DNA of 64,000 nucleotides from an uncultured Gammaproteobacteria bacterium (GCA_964547855.1 CAZJPG010000005.1:3445-67444); one strand, 5' to 3'; shown: positions 17,517-26,925, counted from the stretch's first letter. Notes: generated by a model not told the origin, from the sequence alone. Translations and numbers: made by a program.

Positions 17517-18591
17517 GACTCATCATTTTATCCTTCTCTACTAAGCCCAATATTTCCGAGATACTTCCTTTGGCCATGCAAATCACCGAATCACCAGCCC
17601 CATAATATATCCTTAAATCATCACCATCCGCGACTGCCCCACAACAAAACGTAACGGCCGGCATTATTTTATTTTTCACAGCTTCATCTAAGAAATTTTT
17701 CAACTCATCATTGCTCATTGATTGCATTTTTTCCAATCCACCAAGGATCACATCGACGATGCCGGTCATCTCATAGCTCTCTCGTGGTCCAAAGATCGGT
17801 TCGTTATGGCGATAGATTATTTTTGTCGGGTCATTCAAATCCAAAAGCAAAAATCCTAAACGATAAGTTTTGTTTCTGTCTATGCCATGATAAAGGATCA
17901 ACCATCCTTTTTCTGTCTTAATCGGTGGTGGACCCATCTCGACAAAGACCTCATCGAACGATCCTTCCTCTCTTTCTATTAAAAACGGCTTATTTGGCAC
18001 ATCCCATTTCAATCCATCATCGGAAGACGCTAGCCAAACATTAAACTCCCCGAACAGCATCCAGTATTTGCCATTTATTTTTTCAGAAAAAAGAGCCCCG
18101 GACTTTGATTTTTCTTTATCTATTACTCTGCTATTGTTTTCTTGTATTTTTCCATCTTCATATTTCAGCCTCTGCCCGCCATTCTTTAAAAAAGCGAAAT
18201 CCTTCAAGGCCGGCCCTTGCTTTTTCCAGTTTTCCAAGTCCTTAGAAGTGGCCACGCAAAGACGCACATCTTCACCGTCATAAGCGGCATAAGCCATAAA
18301 ATATTCATCGCCGATCCTGGTCACACGCGGATCTTCTAAGCCCCTCTTTTCCTCGGCTGTTTCCGCTCTCAAGGCCGGCTCATCGAAACGCTCGAAATTC
18401 TCACCATCATATGACACGGCATGGCCTATCGTGGATCGCCAATCCTCTCCGCGATTCATGGCGCGATAAAAAAGATGATATTTCTCCCCATCGAAAATAG
18501 CCCCCGGATTATATAATTTAAAATTCTCCCATTCATTATTTTGATCAGGTCTCAAGATCGGATTCTTTTCAGAGCGTTTAAAAATGTTCAT
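17506..18591 (-). CDS. glycoside hydrolase family 130-like glycosidase/phosphorylase
   Basis: MNIFKRSEKNPILRP...WE....YNPGAIFDGEKYHLFYRA...DPRVTRIGDEYFMAY...GWLILYHG... is the five-bladed-propeller GH130 pattern. Confidence 0.8.
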   Translation of the reverse strand: MNIFKRSEKNPILRPDQNNEWENFKLYNPGAIFDGEKYHLFYRAMNRGEDWRSTIGHAVSYDGENFERFDEPALRAETAEEKRGLEDPRVTRIGDEYFMAYAAYDGEDVRLCVATSKDLENWKKQGPALKDFAFLKNGGQRLKYEDGKIQENNSRVIDKEKSKSGALFSEKINGKYWMLFGEFNVWLASSDDGLKWDVPNKPFLIEREEGSFDEVFVEMGPPPIKTEKGWLILYHGIDRNKTYRLGFLLLDLNDPTKIIYRHNEPIFGPRESYEMTGIVDVILGGLEKMQSMSNDELKNFLDEAVKNKIMPAVTFCCGAVADGDDLRIYYGAGDSVICMAKGSISEILGLVEKDKMMSHED

Positions 18592-19028
18592 TTTGTTTTT
18601 TTATATTTTTCAAAACCTTTCTTAATTATCTCACCCATCCATTCAGTCCAAATATATTCATGGTCACCGACTTCCCCTTCGCTTATCCAGCGCATCTCTA
18701 CGTGTTCAGAGCTTAATTTTATTTCATCGTTTTCATTCTCCAAAAGACGAATGATGCCGCAAAATGGTGGAAATTTTTCATTTTTAGGGACATGGGTGTG
18801 GTAATCGATCGGACCAAGATCGACAAAATCGACTAGACCCGTCTCTTCCCTCATCTCCCTCTTGAAAGCATCGTGCTCAAGACCTTCCTCTCCGACATCG
18901 ATCCTGCCGCCAGGCAAGTCCCATTTATTGTCATAATCCTCTTCTGGCAGCTTGACTATGAGGCATTTACCATCCCTCATTATCATCCCTTTTTGACTGA
19001 TGACGAATTTAGCGAATTCCTTTGGCAT
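18588..19028 (-). CDS. NUDIX hydrolase
   Basis: Nudix box GGRIDVGEEGLEHDAFKREMREETG. Start trimmed to ATG 19028, which removes the overlap with the upstream gene. Confidence 0.85.
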   Translation of the reverse strand: MPKEFAKFVISQKGMIMRDGKCLIVKLPEEDYDNKWDLPGGRIDVGEEGLEHDAFKREMREETGLVDFVDLGPIDYHTHVPKNEKFPPFCGIIRLLENENDEIKLSSEHVEMRWISEGEVGDHEYIWTEWMGEIIKKGFEKYKKTK

Positions 19029-19036
19029 AATTTTAT

Positions 19037-19546
19037 TTAAATACGGCGAGAATCGTAGGCCCAGTGCAAGACCGCCTGCCTTTGTCTTGGACGACAGTTC
19101 AAATCTCCAGGTAAACAATTCTTCTCTATTTGCTTAGTGTGCCTGACTATCGCTTTCCAACGCTTAATTTGGCGCTTGTCTTCATCAGGGATCCTTCGCC
19201 CCATATAATAACGGCAATACCACTGAAACCAACCGCGCGGGTCCTCTGGATATATCCACCCCTTCTTGCGCCAATACGACAACGGAGCACTGGCTTTAGT
19301 GTGAAAATAATTCAAGTGACAGTCATCTTTGCCCTTTGCGAACTTAGCGCTAGTGAACCAGCTCTTAGGAAATTCTTTTTTGCAGTCGCGCATATAACGA
19401 CCGCAAAAAATGCCCAAAGCCAGCATTTGCTTCGGCGTTAATTCGGGCCTGAACTCCGGATCGAAGTTTTTACCGATCGGTTCGGTCAACTTATACTTAT
19501 AACCTTTTTGCATTAGGTCATTGACGACCACCGTCTTTCCTTTCAT
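19037..19546 (-). CDS. conserved-looking hypothetical protein (169 aa), W/R/C-rich
   Basis: No family name assigned. Notable string GWIYPEDPRGWFQWYCRYYMGRRIPDEDKRQIKRW. Confidence 0.7.
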   Translation of the reverse strand: MKGKTVVVNDLMQKGYKYKLTEPIGKNFDPEFRPELTPKQMLALGIFCGRYMRDCKKEFPKSWFTSAKFAKGKDDCHLNYFHTKASAPLSYWRKKGWIYPEDPRGWFQWYCRYYMGRRIPDEDKRQIKRWKAIVRHTKQIEKNCLPGDLNCRPRQRQAVLHWAYDSRRI

Positions 19547-19557
19547 ATTAAAAAACC

Positions 19558-19899
19558 TTAAGCCGCCTTGCGCGGATCATTGTTCTCATTAAGACTGTCC
19601 AAATAATACTTCTTGAACTTGATCACGTCATCAATCTCCGAAGGCAAAGACCCGCCCTCTAAATAAAGCTTGAAGAGTTTGCCATAGGTCATCTTGCCAT
19701 CAAAGGCTTTGGCGATTTCGCTCTCGACTATCTTCCTGTCAACGAACAAGCTGGCGCTGCTCATGTTTTCAGGCCGATCTTCTTTTGACAGTTCCTGGGA
19801 AAGTTTTTCTTCGGCCTCTTTACCGATAAATACCTCGAACTCTCCGCCAGAATTAAACTCTTTCATAGTTTTATCGTTAAGTTTTATGGATTTAACCAA
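19558..19899 (-). CDS. hypothetical protein (113 aa)
   Basis: 8-nt overlap with the rsmI stop; acidic, helical. Confidence 0.6.
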   Translation of the reverse strand: MVKSIKLNDKTMKEFNSGGEFEVFIGKEAEEKLSQELSKEDRPENMSSASLFVDRKIVESEIAKAFDGKMTYGKLFKLYLEGGSLPSEIDDVIKFKKYYLDSLNENNDPRKAA

Positions 19900-20608
19900 C
19901 TATGACCACAAACTCTCCGCGCTGGTCATCGGACGTTGCGCCGATCTTGGCGATAATATCCTCTATGCTGCCACGATATACTGTCTCGTGCATCTTAGAT
20001 AGCTCTCGACAAACGACGACCGAAGATAGATTCTTCTTTTTCTTTTTTATGTCTTCGTCCTCTTCGTATCCGATACGATCCTTTTCTGCTTTCAGTTCCT
20101 CCAAGAACTTCATAATGCGATGCTTCGATTCATAGACCGCCACCGGATAATCCGATTCGATGATCTTACGAATAAATGTTTGTCTGCCTTTTTTATGAGG
20201 AGGAAATCCCATAAAGATAAACTTGTCAGTCGGCACCCCAGAAATGGATAATGCCGCGGTGACGGCCGATGGCCCAGGAACTGATTCTATCTTAATGTCA
20301 TCGCCGAATTTCTCGATCACTTTGGCCACCAAAACTCCTCCTGGGTCGGAAATTCCTGGTGTACCGGCGTCGGTTACCAAAGCCAAATCCTTGCCCTGCT
20401 CCAGTAATTTTAAGACCTGATCGACCTTGATGTCATCCGAATGCTGATGATATGAGATCGTCGGAGTGTCTATATTGTAATGCTTTAAAAGCACTGAGGT
20501 ATTACGAGTATCTTCGCATAACACAAAATCTACTTCGCCTAAAATACGAATGGCTCGCATACTGATATCCTCCAAATTGCCTATGGGCGTCCCCACTATA
20601 TATAACAT
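19892..20608 (-). CDS. rsmI: 16S rRNA (cytidine1402-2'-O)-methyltransferase
   Basis: MLYIVGTPIGNLEDISMRAIRILGEVDFVLCEDTR... tetrapyrrole-methylase fold typical of RsmI. Confidence 0.9.
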   Translation of the reverse strand: MLYIVGTPIGNLEDISMRAIRILGEVDFVLCEDTRNTSVLLKHYNIDTPTISYHQHSDDIKVDQVLKLLEQGKDLALVTDAGTPGISDPGGVLVAKVIEKFGDDIKIESVPGPSAVTAALSISGVPTDKFIFMGFPPHKKGRQTFIRKIIESDYPVAVYESKHRIMKFLEELKAEKDRIGYEEDEDIKKKKKNLSSVVVCRELSKMHETVYRGSIEDIIAKIGATSDDQRGEFVVIVG

Positions 20609-20611
20609 AGA

Positions 20612-20881
20612 TTATTCTTTGATATTTTTTAACAATTCTAATTCCTCTTTTATTATTTTATCAAATAATTCTTTATCATTATTTTTTAATGCTTGTGATT
20701 TTTCTTCTAAATTTTTTTTCAAAAAATCAAAATCAACCAGATTGCTTTCTATTAAATTTAAAATATTTCCCAAATCAAGCTCCGGTAAACCCTTTAACAA
20801 ATCATAGATCACGCTTTTTTCCTTGTCAGAAATCAAACTATCTAAAACTAAAGCCCTGATCTTGTCCAAATTCTCATTCAT
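20612..20881 (-). CDS. hypothetical small acidic helical protein (89 aa)
   Basis: 4-nt overlap (20878-20881) with the upstream 534-aa gene; very AT-rich. Confidence 0.55.
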   Translation of the reverse strand: MNENLDKIRALVLDSLISDKEKSVIYDLLKGLPELDLGNILNLIESNLVDFDFLKKNLEEKSQALKNNDKELFDKIIKEELELLKNIKE

Positions 20882-22482
20882 TGCAATTTATCTTTTAAAT
20901 TTAAAATTTCAACCATCTTTTTTTCCAAAAATTCTTTTTCTTTTTTAGAATGAGAGGCTTTGATCATTGCTGCGATACTTCCCTCGTAATTATTTAGAAT
21001 ATCTGTTTTTTCCCTTTCTCCGCTGGATTGATCTTTTTCTTGAACCAACCGAGAAAGATTCTCTTCGATTTTATCGCTGTAGATCAGAGAGTGAGTCAAA
21101 GAACAAATGAATTCTTCAATATCAGCAGTTGTGTGTCCACCTCCCATCATAAAATAATTAGACTCTTCTATAAATCTAAAAAAATTCTCGTTTTTGTTAG
21201 CTCCGTAAAAATCAACGAATATCTCCTCTACTTTTCCTTTCTTTAAAATATCATCCTTTAACTCTCCATCATATCCGCGCAAATCGGCAAAATATTCTCT
21301 CAACCCTTTATTTTCACCCAAATTGCTTTCCATGAAATGTCGATGAATGATCTCATGCTCAACAGTATTCGTTAATTGTTTTGAATTGCTTTCTTTTAAG
21401 CACTCAGTAGTGAAACGAATATAACCACCAATTTCTGCCTGAGCGTTTTTTTCCTTAGTGTTAATGATTTCGACGCCTTTGACCAGCTTCTTATCACTCA
21501 AAGAATCCTCAATGTTACCGATCGCAAAATTAATATCTCCTAATTTTTTATTCATATCCTCATCTTTCTCAAATTGTTCAGCACCACTACCAACATAAAG
21601 AAGGTTTACGAAATTATGCCCAGCCTGAGTTTTTTCTGAGATTATTTCCACTTCCTGCTTTATTGGTAAAATATATTTTCCGTTTTTTCCAAAAATTTCG
21701 ACAAAATTATCTTTTGTATAGCTCATTGGATTCATTATTTCCGTTTCTTCGAAAGTTCCGCGATAGGCCGTTCCTGGAATTTTATCCTGACCAGCCCCTA
21801 TGTTTGTTAAATAATCATGGATAAAAACAGAGTCGGCTCGTGAATCGCCCAAGGAATTGCTAAACTCATCTAGTTTTACGATATCATTCAAAAATAACCA
21901 TGGCTTTTCTATTTTAATTTCACCCTCCTTACTTTTTTTAGAGTTTAATTTGCGAGCCTTTTCGCCATTAATTTTTGTTTCGACTTCATCGCCAAGAACC
22001 ATAACACCTTTCAAAAAGCCGTTAACTTCTAATGATGGATTCTTTTCAAGGTCTTCTTTGGTCAAATTAATTTTTTTCAACTCACCGTCACAAACCGCCT
22101 CAATATGAATAAGTCCGATTTTTTCAGCGACCTCTGGGTCGTTTTTTGATTTTTTATCCGGGGAAGCGACTAACTCAAAGGCTGAATTTTTAAAAATAAC
22201 TTCCTGAGACAACGTCTCTATTTTTGTCTCCGTATTTAAATTTGGATGCTCCTTAGCCGATGTGGTGGAGGAAAAAGCTGATAGAAGTAAGAATATTTTT
22301 CCCAAAGAAGCTGCCTTACCACGCAACCTCTCCATTATTCCCCGTTCTTCTTTGTTAAAATTTTCAACGACCTCGGATGATTCGTTGTTGGAAATATCTT
22401 CAGCGATAATAATATCAGCTGACTCAATCTTTGTTTCATCAGATGTAGACTCTTCAATTTTTACTTCCTTAAAATTGTTCAT
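20878..22482 (-). CDS. hypothetical membrane-anchored protein with an HExxH (zinc-metallopeptidase-like) motif (534 aa)
   Basis: Acidic N-terminus, hydrophobic anchor LGKIFLLLSAFSSTTSA, and TNTVEHEIIHRHF late in the sequence. Confidence 0.7.
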   Translation of the reverse strand: MNNFKEVKIEESTSDETKIESADIIIAEDISNNESSEVVENFNKEERGIMERLRGKAASLGKIFLLLSAFSSTTSAKEHPNLNTETKIETLSQEVIFKNSAFELVASPDKKSKNDPEVAEKIGLIHIEAVCDGELKKINLTKEDLEKNPSLEVNGFLKGVMVLGDEVETKINGEKARKLNSKKSKEGEIKIEKPWLFLNDIVKLDEFSNSLGDSRADSVFIHDYLTNIGAGQDKIPGTAYRGTFEETEIMNPMSYTKDNFVEIFGKNGKYILPIKQEVEIISEKTQAGHNFVNLLYVGSGAEQFEKDEDMNKKLGDINFAIGNIEDSLSDKKLVKGVEIINTKEKNAQAEIGGYIRFTTECLKESNSKQLTNTVEHEIIHRHFMESNLGENKGLREYFADLRGYDGELKDDILKKGKVEEIFVDFYGANKNENFFRFIEESNYFMMGGGHTTADIEEFICSLTHSLIYSDKIEENLSRLVQEKDQSSGEREKTDILNNYEGSIAAMIKASHSKKEKEFLEKKMVEILNLKDKLQ

Positions 22483-22500
22483 TTTTTCAATACTAAAAAA

Positions 22501-24234
22501 CTACATAATATCCTCTTTCCTCTCTCTGACATACTTCGTCCATTGCTCGGCGACCTCGACTACGACCTTAAACGGCGCCTCAAGAACAAAATCCATAAAG
22601 AACATAAAAACATTGATCCTGGAAACCTTCTCCGACAACCAGCGTCCGACTATGGCTATAGGGATAAAGAAAAAATCAATTAGAAAATTCAAAAGGTTCT
22701 CACGCTGCTCCACAACGAACAAAAGCCTGACATTGCGGCGAATGCGAATAGCAAAGAAGGCTACGAAGACCAAGAAGAATATAAAAAGAATGATACTGAC
22801 CCAAGTAAAATGAATCTTTTGCAAGACCCAAACTATAGCGCCAAAAGAGACGACGAAAGTGGCCAAATAAAGCATTTGGAAAACGAAATGTATCACCGGA
22901 TTGCGGCGAGTTGGCTTCTTTAAGACTATCGGGTCGTGGCGAGTCTTCTCTTCGAACGTTATTTCCTCCACACCTGCGACAACTTTCTTATTGTTCTCGT
23001 CCGTGGTCACACGAGTGAACATTATGACCATGAAAAGCAAAAACGGCGGGAAAAGTATGTTAATGGCCAAAGACATCGGATTGACCGGTTCGTTAAAATA
23101 TTTATTGGCTGGAACTTCTAAAGCCACGGCAAACACCGACTTAGTAAGCAAAATATAAATAACGCTGTTTATACCAGCACGCCAAAGCTTCGATTTAACT
23201 CTCTCGAATTTTTTTAAAAAGGCATTCTTGGCCATGCTGGAGAACGAAGACGGATTGTTTTTTATCGATTCATAGACCGCCACCGGATCCTCAGACACAA
23301 CATCGGCTTGAATGGAATAAAAAAGAGTATATTTGTTGACTAGCCCATCTAACTGCTTGACCAAGGGATGATTGATCTGCTTTTCCACGGCTCGACGCAA
23401 AGGCAAAATATTTTTAGCGATCTTGGCTATATCTTCATCCTTTGGTAACCACCAATTGGAGTTATAGTATTTAAAGACTATATACGCCAACATAGCCGAA
23501 TCATATTTCAAATAATTACGATAGATGGAAAGATATATCTGTATTGGGAGATCTTTCTCATAGTCAGCGAAGTTAACTGGCAATTTAACCACCTTGACCA
23601 GGTATTCATACATATTACCGACGATCGTATCATTGACTTTGCTAATATCCAGCACCCCTTCGATCTCACTAGCAGCGATGTCGATGATCCAATTGGAAAG
23701 CTCCCCTTTTTCCTTAACTATCATTTTTTCGACCGTGCCGGTTATGCCATGTGGCAAAGACAATTCGCGCAACTTCAACCATTTGTCCATTATGACCTTA
23801 ACGTCGTCGATCCTACTTTCGGGAATTTTATTGTTGGGTAAATAACCAGCGCGAATCAACTCTGTCAAAAGATGACGCGAGATATCTTCACTGTTTCCTT
23901 TTATTATCGCCCCCTCAATAACAAGCTGTCTCTTGAGTATGCGACGAATAGCATTCTTCCTATGAAGATGCTCTTCGTTGTAGTCGACATAGTTGCGGAT
24001 CTTTTCATAAAAAAAAGATAGCTTCGATATCAAATCCGAAACTTTAATTTTTGCCTCATCCTCATTGACTTGCCCGCCGTCAGCCTTTTTCGCGCTCTCT
24101 TTATAGATAACTTGAAAAAGTTTCTTGGTCGGCAAGGAAACACTTAGAGTATCGTTCTTTTTCTTTGACAAATAAGGGCTAACCATAGATAAAAAATGAA
24201 AAATAGAAGCTAGCCTTAGATCGGCCTGCCTCAT
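22501..24234 (-). CDS. hypothetical polytopic membrane protein (577 aa): ~350-aa soluble N-domain plus 5-6 TM helices
   Basis: ORF track; hydrophobic segments from about residue 355 onward; no catalytic motif recognised. Confidence 0.75.
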   Translation of the reverse strand: MRQADLRLASIFHFLSMVSPYLSKKKNDTLSVSLPTKKLFQVIYKESAKKADGGQVNEDEAKIKVSDLISKLSFFYEKIRNYVDYNEEHLHRKNAIRRILKRQLVIEGAIIKGNSEDISRHLLTELIRAGYLPNNKIPESRIDDVKVIMDKWLKLRELSLPHGITGTVEKMIVKEKGELSNWIIDIAASEIEGVLDISKVNDTIVGNMYEYLVKVVKLPVNFADYEKDLPIQIYLSIYRNYLKYDSAMLAYIVFKYYNSNWWLPKDEDIAKIAKNILPLRRAVEKQINHPLVKQLDGLVNKYTLFYSIQADVVSEDPVAVYESIKNNPSSFSSMAKNAFLKKFERVKSKLWRAGINSVIYILLTKSVFAVALEVPANKYFNEPVNPMSLAINILFPPFLLFMVIMFTRVTTDENNKKVVAGVEEITFEEKTRHDPIVLKKPTRRNPVIHFVFQMLYLATFVVSFGAIVWVLQKIHFTWVSIILFIFFLVFVAFFAIRIRRNVRLLFVVEQRENLLNFLIDFFFIPIAIVGRWLSEKVSRINVFMFFMDFVLEAPFKVVVEVAEQWTKYVRERKEDIM

Positions 24235-24276
24235 AACAATATTTTAGCCTGTTTTTTCGATAAAATCAACTAAAAC

Positions 24277-24315
24277 AAAAGACCACCGTCTTTCATCGAC
24301 GGCGGTCTTTTTATT
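24277..24315. terminator. bidirectional-looking terminator hairpin
   Basis: GACCACCGTC-TTTCATC-GACGGCGGTC, flanked by an A-run and TTTTTATT. Confidence 0.6.
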
Positions 24316-24322
24316 GCCAGTT

Positions 24323-24799
24323 TTACTTGTTGAGTTCGAACTTGCTTATTATGTCATTCTTCATCTCCTCGGTCCACTTGACCGACCAATCGGACGATGG
24401 CTTTTCCCAGAATAACAAAGCATAAACCTTATCTTTTGTGTCTCCGACTTTTTCATAATCCTTGCGCTCCTGATTATCCATGCTGTCGTTCCAGTATTTC
24501 TTGTTAAAGACTCTGACAGTGATAACCTTGGCGTAGCCGCTGACATTCGGATCGTAAGCAGAGGTATCAGATGTCGGTATGAATATCTCTATATCCTTAA
24601 AATTATCAGTTGTCTTGGATTGTGTTTGATAATAGATGAATGGTCTAGGCAAATAAAGCCCAAAACCAAGCTCTTGGTTGGTGTAGTGAAAATAACCGTC
24701 AGCGCGGAGCTGATCCATCATTTCCTGTTTGTTCTTGCCACAAGCGGAAATAGTCAAAGCCATGACCATCAACAATGCCAAAAGATAAAACTTCTTCAT
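24323..24799 (-). CDS. lipoprotein, hypothetical (158 aa)
   Basis: Signal peptide with lipobox LTISAC. Confidence 0.75.
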   Translation of the reverse strand: MKKFYLLALLMVMALTISACGKNKQEMMDQLRADGYFHYTNQELGFGLYLPRPFIYYQTQSKTTDNFKDIEIFIPTSDTSAYDPNVSGYAKVITVRVFNKKYWNDSMDNQERKDYEKVGDTKDKVYALLFWEKPSSDWSVKWTEEMKNDIISKFELNK

Positions 24800-24844
24800 A
24801 ACGATAATGTTAGATGTTTTAGATTCTCAATAATTCAGATGTTA

Positions 24845-25072
24845 TTAAAACTTTATATACTTGTCAACGATTTTCTTAAGCGTCCATATCTTGTAGGCGG
24901 CATAAAGAAAGACATAGGCCACCATTATGGTAACTAAGCCCATGACTAACTTCAGCATAAAGTCAGTCCAAACTATTAAGACGCCCAAGACCAGAAGAAA
25001 GACGCCATTGGCCAAAAGCACCCAAACGAGATGCTTGACCTTGCGATTGAACAAAGTCGATACTTTTTCCAT
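24845..25072 (-). CDS. small hypothetical membrane protein (75 aa)
   Basis: Two TM helices. Confidence 0.55.
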   Translation of the reverse strand: MEKVSTLFNRKVKHLVWVLLANGVFLLVLGVLIVWTDFMLKLVMGLVTIMVAYVFLYAAYKIWTLKKIVDKYIKF

Positions 25073-25205
25073 AAATGAACCTTTTTATTTTTTATTATTG
25101 TATTATTATAACACATTTTATCTAAATTTAAAAAATAAACTAAAATTAGCCAATATTAAAGACATAAATTTTTACTGACAAACCTGTGTTAAAAATATTT
25201 ATCTA

Positions 25206-25234
25206 TTGACTTTTTATCAATTTTGTGCTATTAT
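25206..25234 (+). promoter_or_regulatory. sigma70-type promoter of the 413-aa orphan
   Basis: TTGACT, 17-nt spacer, TATTAT with an upstream TGC (extended -10); SD GAAAGGAG upstream of ATG 25317. Confidence 0.5.
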
Positions 25235-25316
25235 AAATATATTATTCGGATTGTTCTTTATAACCAAAAAAACGGAAAAATAACCAAAAATAAACCACCA
25301 TGAAAGGAGCCTGAAA

Positions 25317-26558
25317 ATGGCTACAGCTACAACCGAAAAAGTTCACAAGGCGAGCACCCATTGGGGAGCTCATGTAGACGAGATCGCTACAGCGATTGCC
25401 CACGAAGTGGCAAATGGCGGCAAGGTAGAACTGCGATCATTATTTGACATCGCAAGTCATGATGTCGAAATCGATGACCTGATCGGTGCCGGTGGAAGCT
25501 CACTGGACGAGCATATCAACGGCGGCGTTGGACGCAAAAAAAGTTCGGCTTTTGACATCGCCATCGAACAACTCGGATTGACCGAAAACTACCACGCTAA
25601 AAAGCTGGCGGAATTCGTCAACCGGACCGACAGTGGCGGCGGCACCGAACCGTTCGAGATGTCCTCTATTCTACAGGACATCCACAGGTCCCATCCCGGC
25701 TCAAGCGAAAACGGCATCAACTGGACCACCACCATTCTTCGTTGCTACTGGAAAGATACTGAGTATTTTAAGCGCCCAGCGCTCGAATGTGGAAAAATCT
25801 TCGAGAGCATTGGCGTCGCCTGGTTACTGTGCAAATTCGGCAAAAAGAAAAAAAGTGGAGTATACGAGCTGATCTCCAGTCATTCCACTGCCTCTTTTGC
25901 AAAAACGATCGAAGATCTCGGCGAAAAGAACGAAGTCCTCGCCTATCTGGCGAAATTCTTCGAGGATGGCTGTCAGCGCATGCTGCAACCGTTCGCGCTT
26001 CCACGCAGTATTTCGTCCGTTTATTACAAGAAAGGTGTTGTGACAGCCGTTAAACTGGCATTCGAGGCACTCGACGCCAAGTTCGATGCACAGGAAAAAT
26101 TCATCTCAGCTCAAAACGATCTTGCTGGGGCTGACGAATTCCGTGCTGGAAGATTCAATGCCATAATGGTGACGACCAACAATCGGGAGATGAAGAACTG
26201 GATCCTTCATTCAAGGAAAGATGTCGCGATCATCGCGATAAAAAATCCTTGGACGAACCAGGTCCAAATCTTCTCAAATGCTATGACCGGAGTCAGGTTC
26301 GAAGGACTCGCTGCGGCAATCCGCATTGAAGAAAAGACGCTGGCCGGCGAACCGATCGACGAACTTTTCGACAAAGAACTGGAAGCCGCTGGTAATTCGT
26401 GTGGCGTCGGCAACTGGTACTTCATCGTTCGTCGAAACGAAGATGGGGTGACCAAGGGGTCGTATATGCTGCTCAATGGCAGCGATTCATACCCGAACAT
26501 GGCTCCAACCAAGATTTCTTGGGAGCGCCTGAAAGAAATAATTATTTCCGTTTTTTAA
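25317..26558 (+). CDS. hypothetical protein (413 aa), compositionally distinct orphan
   Basis: Own promoter, SD and terminator. No motif recognised. GC-richer than its flanks: hand count 32/60 G+C at 25381-25440 versus 23/60 at 24901-24960. Four shadow ORFs in the track. Confidence 0.75.
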   Translation: MATATTEKVHKASTHWGAHVDEIATAIAHEVANGGKVELRSLFDIASHDVEIDDLIGAGGSSLDEHINGGVGRKKSSAFDIAIEQLGLTENYHAKKLAEFVNRTDSGGGTEPFEMSSILQDIHRSHPGSSENGINWTTTILRCYWKDTEYFKRPALECGKIFESIGVAWLLCKFGKKKKSGVYELISSHSTASFAKTIEDLGEKNEVLAYLAKFFEDGCQRMLQPFALPRSISSVYYKKGVVTAVKLAFEALDAKFDAQEKFISAQNDLAGADEFRAGRFNAIMVTTNNREMKNWILHSRKDVAIIAIKNPWTNQVQIFSNAMTGVRFEGLAAAIRIEEKTLAGEPIDELFDKELEAAGNSCGVGNWYFIVRRNEDGVTKGSYMLLNGSDSYPNMAPTKISWERLKEIIISVF

Positions 26559-26587
26559 CCTTCAAGGAATGAGGAAAGGTCATTCCA

Positions 26588-26622
26588 AAAGCCCTATTTA
26601 TCGCAAAAATAGGGCTTTTTTC
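26588..26622 (+). terminator. rho-independent terminator
   Basis: AAAGCCCTATTT-ATCGC-AAATAGGGCTTT followed by TTTT. Confidence 0.7.
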
Positions 26623-26650
26623 TTGCTACCGCCCGACCACCACCAAAGCC

Positions 26651-26682
26651 TTGACACCCTCCAAGAGTTAATGTATTATAAT
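26651..26682 (+). promoter_or_regulatory. promoter of the secE-nusG-rplK-rplA cluster
   Basis: TTGACA (26651-26656), 17-nt spacer, TATTAT/TATAAT. Confidence 0.55.
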
Positions 26683-26733
26683 AGAGTAATTAAAAGAACC
26701 GCCCAAAGAGGGCTGTTTTTGTTATAGAACAAT

Positions 26734-26925
26734 ATGGTCAACAAAATCGTCGACTACGTGAAATCGTCTATCGAGGAAATGAAGAAGGTCTCTTGGCCAA
26801 CCAAGAAACAGACCTATGAATACACCGTACTGGTCATCGGTATATCCCTTGGGACTGCCGCAGTTCTCGGTGCCTTAGACTTCATTTTCAATCTCGGATT
26901 GGAAACGATCCTTTTGAATAAATAA
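26734..26925 (+). CDS. secE: preprotein translocase subunit SecE
   Basis: EEMKKVSWPTKKQTYEYTVLVIGISLGTAAVLGALDFIF, plus its position upstream of nusG. Confidence 0.9.
   Translation: MVNKIVDYVKSSIEEMKKVSWPTKKQTYEYTVLVIGISLGTAAVLGALDFIFNLGLETILLNK

Noticed and set aside
25073-25316. Very AT-rich 244-bp spacer at the minus-to-plus strand switch, considered as a replication origin
   Set aside because: There are no DnaA-box matches better than about 6/9. The repeats (ATAACCAAAAA x2) are short. The segment is adequately explained as a divergent promoter region.
26700-26733. Small hairpin GCCC-AAAGA-GGGC plus TGTTTTTG in the secE leader, considered as an attenuator
   Set aside because: The stem is only 4 bp. 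It is too weak to support a call without comparative data.
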